This document shows positions 1 through 9,585 of a DNA stretch of 64,000 bases, piece after piece; the first letter of the stretch is position 1, and each line of letters begins with the position of its first letter. Source of the stretch: a bacterium (GTDB taxonomy: Bacteria > Patescibacteriota > Minisyncoccia > Phycocordibacterales > UBA918); assembly GCA_043719295.1 (NCBI GenBank), contig JAYSUD010000007.1:891-64890 (forward strand), given 5' to 3'. Made by a program: the position numbers and the translations under genes. The notes under the pieces were generated by a model. That model worked only from the letters and a program-made list of their open reading frames with translations, ran no database searches and was not told where the DNA came from.

Positions 1-3000
1 TATTACGAGATTGTTTGAGGGAGGATTAACTACTGTATTGTTTACGGTTACGGAAATTGGTGCTGCGTCTTGAATGTTTCCCGCTGCGTCAACTGCACGT
101 GCACTGATAATGTGCGCACCATTTGCAACACTCGCACTATTCCATAAAAATGTATACGGTGCTGTTGTATCTTGTGAACCTACAACGTTACCATCAATGA
201 GTAATGTTACACCTGTAACGGCAACATTATCTGAAGCAGTTGCGGTAATGGTTGTTGTCCCTGAAACAGCAATGCCCACACTTGGTGCTACGATAGATAC
301 AGTTGGAGAAATTGTATCTGCTGTAGAAGTTGCACCGGGTCCAGACACACTAACATCATCAATAATAAGTGTACCGTTACCAGCAATTAGATGGAAAAGG
401 GTCATCGATACTACTCCAGTTGGTGGAGTAAAGGTACGACTCATTGTTGCCCAAGTTCCACCAGTTGTAGGTAGTGCTTGCAGAAACTGGTACTGCGAAG
501 CACCGCTAGTTGTCGTGTAACGGATCAGTGCTTCAGAACCAATTGTACTGTTGTACTTGTCACTTATTGTATATTCCGTTCCAGGTGCTACTGGAACATC
601 ATTGAAAAACCATTTTGCATCTCCGTTAGTGTAGCCACTGATAGTGACCGAGGCAGCACTACCAGAGTAACCTGTAGTTGGATACGTAAACACACGGTTG
701 TTTGTTCCCCATCCACCACGGTTCCAGTTTTGGGGGTTACCTGTTGTGCCTAGCGTTTCAAACCCTGAGTTTAGTACTAAGTTACCACCTGCCGGAGGTG
801 TAGTTGAGCTTATATTATTCACCGTGACAAGTCTCTCAACCTTATCGTTATTTCCGTAAGGATCATGTGAAGTGGCTTTTATCACATAATCACCATCTGG
901 ATAAGCTGTTGTGTCCCAAACTACTTCATAAGGTGCAGTAGCGTCTTCAACTCCATGCAACACACCATTAATTGCAAAGTAAACTCCGACTACAGAAGTA
1001 TCATCACTACTCGTTGCTACTAAGGTTACTGTTCCTGAAAGTACATCCCCAACATTTGGATAGACAAAATTAACTCGTGGTGCATTAATTTCTGAAGGAG
1101 TACCAGTACCAGTTGCGTATAATTCAACGTTATCAATAGCCAGAATTGCTTCAGAACTAATGAGATGGAAAAAGGTAATAGTTTCAGCTCCCACAGGTGG
1201 TACAAAAGTCTTCTCTAATTGAGTCCATGAATCAGTTGGTTGAATTTCCTTTATGAGACCAAAATGATGATCTGAACCGTCAGCAAAAGTGTATCGTCCA
1301 ATGATGTCAGAGATTGAGTTGGACTTATACATGGTTCGATATGTATATTCGGTACCAGAATCGACTGGTACCGAAGTGTGTACCCAGCGAGCATCTCCAG
1401 TATCACCATATTCATAGTCTGTAATTACTACCTGTATAGCAGAACCGCCACCCACACCGGTTACAGGATAAGTAAATTCACTCGTAAGAGTTCCGAATCC
1501 TCCAGGTTGCCAACCAAGTGGATTAAGACCGTTAGCTATTTCAAAATCGCCATTTTGTATAAGATTTGGTAAATTATTATTTCCGTTATCTATACTGACT
1601 GTGATTGAGGGAGTGTCAGTTGTATTTCCTGAGGTATCACTAATTCTTGCTGACAGAGCGTAATTACCGTCAGTTAAAGCGGTAGTATCAAACTGCAACG
1701 TATAGGGTGCCTCAGAATCATTAACTCCAACTGGATTACTGTCTATATATAATTGAACTGAAGCTACGCCAATATTGTCAGTAGCATCAACTCCAACTTG
1801 AGTTACATTGGAAAGCACTGATCCCGATGTAATATTGTTAATAATTCCTGATGGAGGCATCACGTCACCACCATTAGTTAAAGTGAGAGAAAAATCATCA
1901 ATTGTTAGTCTTCCATTATTTGCTAATTCATGGAAGATAGTTGCTGTCTCTACTCCAGCTGGAACAATAAAAGTAAAGGTATTGCGAGTTGGCTGTGATA
2001 CAGGTGGTACTACAGAAAGAAATAGATATTCGGTAGTTCCATTTGTCCTCACAAATTGAACAAGTACATCAGTTGGTGCTGTTGCCGTATACAGGTTTGA
2101 AAATGTATAACTTTCTCCCGGAGTCACAAACGCTGGCGAAGAGAGCCATTTGGCGCTACCTGATTCGTAGTTAGTAACGTTGATTTCAGCCGCTTTGGCA
2201 CCAGCATAGCCCACAACCGGATATGTAAAGATTGGATTCATCACACCGTACCAGTTTTGATACCAATCAAGCGGCGATGTTACAAAGGTTCCTTCAATCT
2301 CAACTGACGGATTAGTTACTAAATTACCAGAGCCAATACCATTATTTAGGTACAAGTTAATGCTCTTACGGTTAGATAAGCCATTACTATCGAGTACAGT
2401 TAGGATAACCTCCACATAAACATCATTAGCAGTATGGTCGTCGGCAGGAAACCTAATTGAAGTTGTACCATTTGCTTGATAGATACTATGGGTATGCACA
2501 TTATGGTGCAAAACAACTTCCCAAGAAAATGCGCTCGGAGGAATAATACCATCTTCAGGATCAGTTCCTTCACCACGTACAGTAATCATACCACCTGAAA
2601 CATATAGTGAACCACTAGAGGGAGTAGTAATTTGAGCCTGCGGAGACTGATTACCGACGTAGATGGTGGTACTTTCTGCTACAGCTGAACCAAGACTATC
2701 AGTCACTACTAACGACGCATTGTAAGTACCATTAACTAAATAAGTGTGCGAAGGATTAGCAGCAACCGAAGTGCTCCCATCGCCGAAAGTCCAAGCATAA
2801 GTCATTGGATTGCCGTCTGGGTCATAGGTGCCTAAACTTGAAAATGAAACATTTAATGGTGACAGACCAAAAATAGGATTTGCATTTAGCAAAACAACCG
2901 GACGGCGGTTACCATCAGTATGAGTTATCCTATTAAGATTACCAAAAACAATATCAATGTAGTAGACATTGCCATCAGGACCAGTAATAATTTCTACTGG

Positions 3001-4731
3001 GAAGATATCTGTATTAAAATCGTCTAATCCAATTACAGCGGTACCGGAAGCATTAAGCTCAAGACGCTTCATCCACATTTGAGAATAATCACCAATAAAA
3101 AGCGAATTATTATAGATTGAGGGATAGACTCCATTATCTGGAAATGATCCGGCTGTTATAGAACCCGCTCCTGAGGCATTGTGAGGGTATGTATAAACTG
3201 GATTAATGTGCAAAGAAGTAGTCTCACAACCATAACTTGTCGCGAAGTCTCCTTCCCGACATGGCCAACCATAGTTACCTCCCGGTACTATCCGATTAAT
3301 TTCTTCCCAACTACCCCAACCGACATCGCCTACATACAGCTGTCCTGTGGTTGGGTGAAAGTTAAATCTGAAAGCATTTCTTAGACCAAGTGCATACACT
3401 TTTGATCGATTTGAATTAGGATCCCCATTATAAAATGGATTGTCAGTAGGAGCTGTTCCATCTGTGTTAATGCGGAGTATTTTACCTGCCAAAGCATCAA
3501 TATTTTGAGCTCGAAGCGCACGAGGATCAACAGTAACAAAATCAGCACCATCCCCCAAAGTTGCATACAGTTTTCCATCAGGACCAAACCGCAAGCCTCC
3601 AACACTGTGACTGTTTGAGTCCGAGGCTATACAGTCGTCAGTTACTAATAAATCTTCACAGGATGGAGAGTCGATTGAGCCTCCGTCACTACCAACTAAA
3701 ACAAACTTACTTGACTCACTGGCAACATCACCCACGACTGTAAGTCTTACAATTCGACCAGTTTTTGGACCAGCTACATTAACACCAGGAGTGTTTTCAT
3801 AAGTGTATAACGCATAAATATAGCCATTGATAGAGAAATTTGGATCAACAGCCAAACCTAAAAGACCACGGTCACCGAAATTATTAACGTCAGTGAGAGT
3901 AACTAACGGCTCAGGCAGTAATATGTCATTTTTAATAATCCTTATCGAGCCTCCTTTTTCAGCAATTAAAATCCGCCCATCTGGTGTAAACGCTGCAGCA
4001 GTTGCTAAAGCAAAACCTTCTGCAACTACTACACTCTCAAATCCAGGCTCCACAATTTGTGCTTCAGCCCACAAAGGTAACGAAAACATCACAATTCCGA
4101 CAACGATACCAAGCGCAACCGGCAAGGCTAACGAAATGCTTACACGAAGTGTAGAACTAAGACTTCGTATAGGTTCAATCTTCGGAACCCTCTTGAGGAA
4201 AAAATTCTGAATTGGCACTGTTTTAGACTGAATCTGTAAAATTCCTTTTTGAATTGTAGTACCGAACGCACTAATAAAAGACACAAACGTTTTATAGGAT
4301 CGTATGAGTGTCGCATTATTCATAGTGATACGGATTGACTCATTAAGTTTATTCCTGTTTTTAGAGAATAGCCAGACCATCAGGACTCCAAATATAAACA
4401 CTAAAACCATTGGGTATTGTGGTAATACCATAATAAGTTCAAAAAACTTTCCAAAATAGTATTTATATAAGATAACTTGTGGTTCATCTGCTCCAACTTT
4501 TAATGCAGTACCAATAGCAATCGAACCAAGCATAAGCATATAACTACTAACAAAAAGCAAAATTGCGTACGAAATAAGCTTGTTTACAAATTTATTTCTT
4601 ACTATACCCCCATCTTTATTATAAGTCTGGTAGGCTGAGCGATGACCTCTACCGCGTAGATAGTTTAAAATCTTGGCTGAAATGATAATAGCCAAGTGAA
4701 TAAATACAGATAATCCGAAAATTGGTATCAT
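1..4731 (-). CDS. Giant membrane-anchored surface protein (>1577 aa, 3' end outside window): N-terminal TM helices, PQQ-dependent glucose/sorbosone dehydrogenase-like propeller, PKD domain, alternating carbohydrate-binding-like and Ig-like repeats
   Basis: Missing from the ORF track, presumably because it has no stop in the window. Manual translation from ATG 4731 (MIPIFGLSVF...) reads into ...FTPDGRILIAEKGG...GLAVDPNF...HSVGGLRFGPDGKLYATLGDG (GSDH-like). Position 1-3 is in the same frame; the interior was spot-checked, not fully translated. Confidence 0.85.
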   Translation of the reverse strand, partial: MIPIFGLSVFIHLAIIISAKILNYLRGRGHRSAYQTYNKDGGIVRNKFVNKLISYAILLFVSSYMLMLGSIAIGTALKVGADEPQVILYKYYFGKFFELIMVLPQYPMVLVFIFGVLMVWLFSKNRNKLNESIRITMNNATLIRSYKTFVSFISAFGTTIQKGILQIQSKTVPIQNFFLKRVPKIEPIRSLSSTLRVSISLALPVALGIVVGIVMFSLPLWAEAQIVEPGFESVVVAEGFALATAAAFTPDGRILIAEKGGSIRIIKNDILLPEPLVTLTDVNNFGDRGLLGLAVDPNFSINGYIYALYTYENTPGVNVAGPKTGRIVRLTVVGDVASESSKFVLVGSDGGSIDSPSCEDLLVTDDCIASDSNSHSVGGLRFGPDGKLYATLGDGADFVTVDPRALRAQNIDALAGKILRINTDGTAPTDNPFYNGDPNSNRSKVYALGLRNAFRFNFHPTTGQLYVGDVGWGSWEEINRIVPGGNYGWPCREGDFATSYGCETTSLHINPVYTYPHNASGAGSITAGSFPDNGVYPSIYNNSLFIGDYSQMWMKRLELNASGTAVIGLDDFNTDIFPVEIITGPDGNVYYIDIVFGNLNRITHTDGNRRPVVLLNANPIFGLSPLNVSFSSLGTYDPDGNPMTYAWTFGDGSTSVAANPSHTYLVNGTYNASLVVTDSLGSAVAESTTIYVGNQSPQAQITTPSSGSLYVSGGMITVRGEGTDPEDGIIPPSAFSWEVVLHHNVHTHSIYQANGTTSIRFPADDHTANDVYVEVILTVLDSNGLSNRKSINLYLNNGIGSGNLVTNPSVEIEGTFVTSPLDWYQNWYGVMNPIFTYPVVGYAGAKAAEINVTNYESGSAKWLSSPAFVTPGESYTFSNLYTATAPTDVLVQFVRTNGTTEYLFLSVVPPVSQPTRNTFTFIVPAGVETATIFHELANNGRLTIDDFSLTLTNGGDVMPPSGIINNITSGSVLSNVTQVGVDATDNIGVASVQLYIDSNPVGVNDSEAPYTLQFDTTALTDGNYALSARISDTSGNTTDTPSITVSIDNGNNNLPNLIQNGDFEIANGLNPLGWQPGGFGTLTSEFTYPVTGVGGGSAIQVVITDYEYGDTGDARWVHTSVPVDSGTEYTYRTMYKSNSISDIIGRYTFADGSDHHFGLIKEIQPTDSWTQLEKTFVPPVGAETITFFHLISSEAILAIDNVELYATGTGTPSEINAPRVNFVYPNVGDVLSGTVTLVATSSDDTSVVGVYFAINGVLHGVEDATAPYEVVWDTTAYPDGDYVIKATSHDPYGNNDKVERLVTVNNISSTTPPAGGNLVLNSGFETLGTTGNPQNWNRGGWGTNNRVFTYPTTGYSGSAASVTISGYTNGDAKWFFNDVPVAPGTEYTISDKYNSTIGSEALIRYTTTSGASQYQFLQALPTTGGTWATMSRTFTPPTGVVSMTLFHLIAGNGTLIIDDVSVSGPGATSTADTISPTVSIVAPSVGIAVSGTTTITATASDNVAVTGVTLLIDGNVVGSQDTTAPYTFLWNSASVANGAHIISARAVDAAGNIQDAAPISVTVNNTVVNPPSNNLVI

Positions 4732-4737
4732 AAAAAA

Positions 4738-5775
4738 TTAATCAGTTTGGATGTTTTTGCTGATAAAACGTTCAGGATGAAACCATGCAAGATTTTTTTT
4801 GCCTAGAATCATTTCTTTAACCATCTGTTCTAGAAAAATGTAGGCATTAATAACTACAAGTAAAGCGTATGGAATTGGTACAAGTATAAGTTCTAAGCGT
4901 TTTTCTTTCCATGCAGCGAACAGCGCGAACACTGAAGCTAATGCTAAATATGAAATAATAAAATTTGCAAAGAATTTAAGACTTAATATTGGCAACAAAA
5001 AAAATAAAACTGAAAAAACAAATCCTTCTGCGTACATAATTGATAGTTCAAGTGCAACTTTTGGTTGTTTAGTTGCTAAGGTATAGTGTTTTATCAGACA
5101 TTGCCACCCTCCTCCAAACCATCTCCGAACTTGATTAATATATGAATGGAGTGTTATTGGATCTTGAGTAAACACAATCAGACGAGTGTCATATTGAATT
5201 TTTAAATCCAGTTGATGAAGTCGATAGGTAAAATCTAAGTCTTCAGTAAGAGTATCGTGCTCAAAAGAAATAAACTTCCTAAAATCTGCAGTTTTAAAAA
5301 CTCCTGCAGCTCCAGGAATCACAAACAAAAAACCTAAGTGATGTTGAGCTAATTTATGAAGGTTCTGTCCTACAGAATACTCGAAAGCACGACATGCAGT
5401 AAGCCAGTTGTATTTTTTACTTTGTATATAGCCTCCAAGTGCAGAAAGTTGAGGGTTTTGTACAAAATCGTCTTCAACATATTTAATAAAATCTTGGTCA
5501 AGTACTGTATCACCATCTGTAGCAACAAACACATCTCCGGTAACGTATTGTAGTCCGATTTCTTGCGCATAACTTTTATTACCTGTTGGCGTTGGAAGTG
5601 AAACTACAGTGATTGCATCACCAAATGAAGCAAGAATTTCTGCACTTTTATCAGAACTTCCGTCGTTTACAACAATAATTTGATCTGGCTTTCTTGTTTG
5701 AGAAAGGCATGAAGAAACACAATCAGCGATTGATTTTTCTTCATTGTAACAGGGAATAAGAATTGAAATTTTCAT
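4738..5775 (-). CDS. Family 2 glycosyltransferase, membrane-bound processive type (PgaC/IcaA-like)
   Basis: ILIPCYNEE, VNDGSSD, TDGD, TEDLD and QVRRW motifs, C-terminal TM helices; start trimmed to MKISILIP. Confidence 0.9.
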   Translation of the reverse strand: MKISILIPCYNEEKSIADCVSSCLSQTRKPDQIIVVNDGSSDKSAEILASFGDAITVVSLPTPTGNKSYAQEIGLQYVTGDVFVATDGDTVLDQDFIKYVEDDFVQNPQLSALGGYIQSKKYNWLTACRAFEYSVGQNLHKLAQHHLGFLFVIPGAAGVFKTADFRKFISFEHDTLTEDLDFTYRLHQLDLKIQYDTRLIVFTQDPITLHSYINQVRRWFGGGWQCLIKHYTLATKQPKVALELSIMYAEGFVFSVLFFLLPILSLKFFANFIISYLALASVFALFAAWKEKRLELILVPIPYALLVVINAYIFLEQMVKEMILGKKNLAWFHPERFISKNIQTD

Positions 5776-5870
5776 TATATGCGAAATTGAGCGCTGGCAC
5801 ACAACACGAATCACCCCTTTGGCTATAAGGTGAAGAACACTTGCTGTGGCTAGGAGCTGAATTCCTCTGC

Positions 5871-5898
5871 ATTATACATCTATTAGACTTTTTGTCAA
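5871..5898 (-). promoter_or_regulatory. Sigma70-type promoter TTGACA-N16-TATAAT for the GT2 operon
   Basis: Perfect consensus hexamers on the minus strand (5898-5893 and 5876-5871). Confidence 0.75.
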
Positions 5899-5915
5899 TC
5901 CATTGACAAAAAGTC
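5886..5915. repeat. Perfect 14-bp inverted repeat GACTTTTTGTCAAT-CC-ATTGACAAAAAGTC (operator or terminator)
   Basis: Read directly; overlaps the -35 box and lies 12 nt past the sortase stop. Confidence 0.7.
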
Positions 5916-5927
5916 AGCTGTGTAGGT

Positions 5928-6551
5928 CTACAACACTTCTTTTATCGTTGCGTATACCACAAGATTATGACTGTATCGTTGAATCCCTTTATTAAAAGTG
6001 CCTGAACAGGTTACCAAGCGAAGTGTTGGAGCGTCTGTTTTTCCATATACCTTTTCAGTTGGAAATGAGTCTTGCGGGTACCTAACAAGCTCATCGACGA
6101 CAAACACTGCAGTGGTACCATCTTCCCTCCCCACATCAATAGTGTCGCCCTTTCTAAGCCGTCCAAGTGAATAAAAGATTGCAGGACCGTCTTTTGAATC
6201 TACGTGCCCTAAGATGACCGCTGGACCAACCTCTCCAGGAGTCGCCCCTTGCCCATACCACCCAACTTGAGTGAATGAATCGGGAACTTCGATAGTTTGA
6301 TCAGCTTGTAATTGAAGTGGTGCTACAAAAGTAGCGTCAAGTGAAAGCGCAGGGATTCGTAAAGAAATTGGTTGACTTCGCTCATACAAACTACTATTTG
6401 AAGCTAACTCTTGTTCTGAAGAAGTTTTTTCTTGGTGATAAGATTTTCCTATTATTCCCATACCCACAATGATACAAACAACAAACGCCACTACGAGAAC
6501 GTAATGACGAATTGTTTGTTTCAGAGTCTTTTGTTGAGGATTAGTATCCAT
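5928..6551 (-). CDS. Class F sortase
   Basis: N-terminal TM, VGWY..G..PGEVGPAVILGHVD, LRLVTCSG, NLVVYA. Confidence 0.9.
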   Translation of the reverse strand: MDTNPQQKTLKQTIRHYVLVVAFVVCIIVGMGIIGKSYHQEKTSSEQELASNSSLYERSQPISLRIPALSLDATFVAPLQLQADQTIEVPDSFTQVGWYGQGATPGEVGPAVILGHVDSKDGPAIFYSLGRLRKGDTIDVGREDGTTAVFVVDELVRYPQDSFPTEKVYGKTDAPTLRLVTCSGTFNKGIQRYSHNLVVYATIKEVL

Positions 6552-8016
6552 TCTTTGTTCGTCGTGTTGAAACTGAACCTCCAAGAATTGCTGTTAGGTT
6601 TGGAAGTGTGACCCCAATAGGTGAGGTTGCTCCAGCACCTGTTGCTGGCGCACCAAGCGGCATCTTGTCTGTTGCAGCACCAAGTACTGCACCCTTAGGA
6701 GTGTTTGAAGTTGAATCTCCACGCACTTCCCCGTCTGGAGTATTATTACTTGGACTCTTACGTGAACCAACTTTACCTCCACCTCCTCCTCCGCCACCGT
6801 TTGAAGAATCAACTGGTGCATTTACAATAACTGAACAAGTACTAGAAGCTTCAGTATCATCAAACACGGTAAGTGTAAACGTTTCTTCTAAACCAGTAGT
6901 TGTTACAACTGCTGTACCGGTAGCTACACTTGTTGAAGCTATAGCACCGAATTGTGTGAGTGTTGCAGATGTAGCGTCGAGACTCACCCATGCAAGAGTT
7001 TCAGTATTTGGCTCATTTTCTACATCCTCAAGAACAGCAATTTCACACACAGGGAAATACTCTTCATCAGTATCGTCATCACAATCTTCCTCGAATGTTC
7101 GAGCAAATTGCTCTGTTGATGTTGATGCTTCGTCACAAGGATCAATAACTACATCTTTTTTGTTGTAGAAATCAACGTGATATGCATCATCTGCATATAC
7201 ATAGCCGTTTGTTTCACCTACTTGTACGCTTGTCTTTCCATCTTCAGTTTTAATGTCAGCGTCAGCGGCAACAGTAAGTTTGTTCGCTTCATTAGCTTCC
7301 TTAGTTCCCATTTCAACACTTACGTTTGTCCATCCTTTCTGAAGTACCTCATACACACGATACATAAATGAATGTTGCTCTTCTACAACTTCAGTTCCCG
7401 CATATCCATCCCATTCAAGACAGTAGTAACCGTTTTTGTCTGTATTTTCTTCATCGAGTCCGTAGATGTTCTCGCTCCGATCTCCAAATGTAAGTACTTT
7501 CATGAGACCAATAGCCCAGTTTGAAAGTGGATTGCCCTTTTCATCGTACTTGTGACCTTCAAATTCACATGCACCTTCAGTGTCTTCATTGGTGTCTTCA
7601 TACACACAAGTTCCTTCTTCTTCATAGTTAGTAGCCTCACTATCGTTACAGGTAACAGCATCAAGCGGTGCGACACATCCATTTTCGTGAATTTCTTGGT
7701 TTTCAGTAGTCCAGTTTTGTCCTTCAAAAGAACCAGATTCTTCTTCACCTAAGTCATAATTAAATGGTGGAATGATATCAGACCCGTGCGTACCATGACC
7801 ATTAATCTCGTTAATGATACTATTTGCATCTACTGTATTACTTGTATAAGGGTTATGTTCACTTGCGGTTGCATGACAAATGGTCACATTTGGATTATTG
7901 GGAAACTCAAATTCCGTTGCAAATACTGAGCTAAATGGACCAAAAGCCATAGCTAAGAGTACAATAACGGCAAAAAAACGCTTTTGCGTAATTGAATGAA
8001 TAGTTGAATAAGTCAT
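6541..8016 (-). CDS. Acidic secreted surface protein, probable sortase F substrate
   Basis: Signal peptide, VTICHATASEHNPY domain, Gly-rich linker, C-terminal VLGA...PLGAPATG, weakly hydrophobic tail ending in basic residues; overlaps sortase start. Confidence 0.75.
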   Translation of the reverse strand: MTYSTIHSITQKRFFAVIVLLAMAFGPFSSVFATEFEFPNNPNVTICHATASEHNPYTSNTVDANSIINEINGHGTHGSDIIPPFNYDLGEEESGSFEGQNWTTENQEIHENGCVAPLDAVTCNDSEATNYEEEGTCVYEDTNEDTEGACEFEGHKYDEKGNPLSNWAIGLMKVLTFGDRSENIYGLDEENTDKNGYYCLEWDGYAGTEVVEEQHSFMYRVYEVLQKGWTNVSVEMGTKEANEANKLTVAADADIKTEDGKTSVQVGETNGYVYADDAYHVDFYNKKDVVIDPCDEASTSTEQFARTFEEDCDDDTDEEYFPVCEIAVLEDVENEPNTETLAWVSLDATSATLTQFGAIASTSVATGTAVVTTTGLEETFTLTVFDDTEASSTCSVIVNAPVDSSNGGGGGGGGKVGSRKSPSNNTPDGEVRGDSTSNTPKGAVLGAATDKMPLGAPATGAGATSPIGVTLPNLTAILGGSVSTRRTKNGY

Positions 8017-8186
8017 AGAATATTAAATTATGGGTAGTCTAACTTTTACTAAAGGATTAAGAAAAAAACTATCAGACACATGGCGCACATGGAGTCATGT
8101 ATTGCCAGGATTGTACAACGTGATTTAAAAAAATGCAAGTTAGACAACAAGAATAGCCTCATGGCAAACTCTCACAGAAACCTAAT

Positions 8187-8612
8187 CTAACTTTTTTGTA
8201 CCTGCTCTAGCTTAAAAATATCTAAATTCTTTTCAAAGAGAATATTGTAGTGCTCAAAAAAATTGTTTTGACCAAGTAGAATATCCACAGGTAAATCAAT
8301 TACAAAATTAAAAGGTGCCTCAAATAAGTACTCGGAATCTTTGACCATCATACTCAATGTATGAACATAACCTGTTGAATGACCATTTCCAATACCTCCT
8401 ACGAGTAAGTGAGTTCCTGACTCAATAATAATACCCAAATCTTTTGCATAAGATGCATTAATCATTGATGTTGTGCAACCAGAATCAATCATCGCAAGAA
8501 TTGGTGGCAGACTAAAGTCACCGTTGTGAAGCTCAATCTCAAGCATTGGGCGACAAACTACCCCTTCTTTTCCTGCAAAGAACTTGAAGTATCGAAATGT
8601 TGACCAAGTCAT
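8187..8612 (-). CDS. Retropepsin-like aspartyl protease
   Basis: AMIDSGCT catalytic motif and ILLGQNNFF. Confidence 0.8.
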   Translation of the reverse strand: MTWSTFRYFKFFAGKEGVVCRPMLEIELHNGDFSLPPILAMIDSGCTTSMINASYAKDLGIIIESGTHLLVGGIGNGHSTGYVHTLSMMVKDSEYLFEAPFNFVIDLPVDILLGQNNFFEHYNILFEKNLDIFKLEQVQKS

Positions 8613-8630
8613 ATCAAAAACGTGTCTTTA

Positions 8631-8828
8631 TTAAAAAGCAAACGAAAGCCCTGTTGGTAAGGCTCGAATAAATACAACGTCCTTATTTCCTACTTTTTGT
8701 TTCAATTCATGTGGCGTGTCTGCATACTCAACAACTGCCGAGTAATCCGTAGACAGAGCAACCCATTTCCCTTCGTGCTCTTTTTTAAGCACAGTAGATA
8801 AATCATAGTTTTTAGTTTTTTCTTGCAT
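8631..8828 (-). CDS. Small DUF5678-like protein
   Basis: 65 aa, HEGKWVAL...VVEYAD motif, directly upstream of the aspartyl protease. Confidence 0.65.
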   Translation of the reverse strand: MQEKTKNYDLSTVLKKEHEGKWVALSTDYSAVVEYADTPHELKQKVGNKDVVFIRALPTGLSFAF

Positions 8829-8970
8829 ATATACGAAAATATTAGATTGACCTATACTCAGTATAGTATGAAATGGATCTCTTGTCTTAACAAATAGGTA
8901 CGTTGGTAGTTTGTAACAGTATTGCTAAATTTATTTTGTATTCGGTACTTTTATAGGTTAAAATAGAGAC

Positions 8971-9534
8971 ATGATAAAAACATTCACTGGAGTTTTCCTT
9001 TTCAGCCTTTTTGTACTTTCTGCCTCTGCCTCACAAACAGAAGCGTATTTTACAACTAACCAAACAGCTACCAAAATCAACGAGACTACAGCCCTTTTTT
9101 CAATTGAATACGCTTTCGGGCTTGAAAAAAGAGATATCTATATGCCGGTGTATGCAGAACGAGGTCTTCTCCACGCAAGCACAGCACAAAAAGTTGGGTA
9201 TTCCTTACATAAAGACGGTAAAAAAATAACCCTCCAAGGCACAACTATCGGTATGGCAGTTTCTAAAGCGCCGATTGTAAACGGAATGTATAAACTTGAA
9301 AAAGGAAAAGCTCAAAAAATGACACTCTATGTAATCTTAACAACTTCTTCAACAACTCCAGAAATGGATTACACACTCCAAGTTGATAAACTTCCTTTTT
9401 ATGTCGATATCGGAAAGAAAGACCTCCAAACCCAAGGCCTCAACCCTTCAGAGCTACAGTACTACATCACTAAGCAGGTTGGACTCAATTCAAAGCCAAA
9501 AGGGCCAAAAATACAAATTCCAACTGGGAAATAG
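8971..9534 (+). CDS. Hypothetical secreted protein
   Basis: 187 aa ORF with signal peptide; TAAAAT 6 nt before ATG. Confidence 0.7.
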   Translation: MIKTFTGVFLFSLFVLSASASQTEAYFTTNQTATKINETTALFSIEYAFGLEKRDIYMPVYAERGLLHASTAQKVGYSLHKDGKKITLQGTTIGMAVSKAPIVNGMYKLEKGKAQKMTLYVILTTSSTTPEMDYTLQVDKLPFYVDIGKKDLQTQGLNPSELQYYITKQVGLNSKPKGPKIQIPTGK

Positions 9535-9544
9535 ATTACATTGA

Positions 9545-9576
9545 AAAAGGGCCATGCGCATGCGCAAGGCCCTTTT
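9545..9576. terminator. Bidirectional intrinsic terminator
   Basis: AAAAGGGCC...GGCCCTTTT hairpin between convergent genes. Confidence 0.65.
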
Positions 9577-9585
9577 GCTAGTGAT

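Noticed and set aside
74-4210. Plus-strand ORFs 74-520, 1808-2059, 3827-4210 and similar antisense ORFs over groEL, typA and others
   Set aside because: Shadow frames opposite well-supported genes, with no recognisable motifs.
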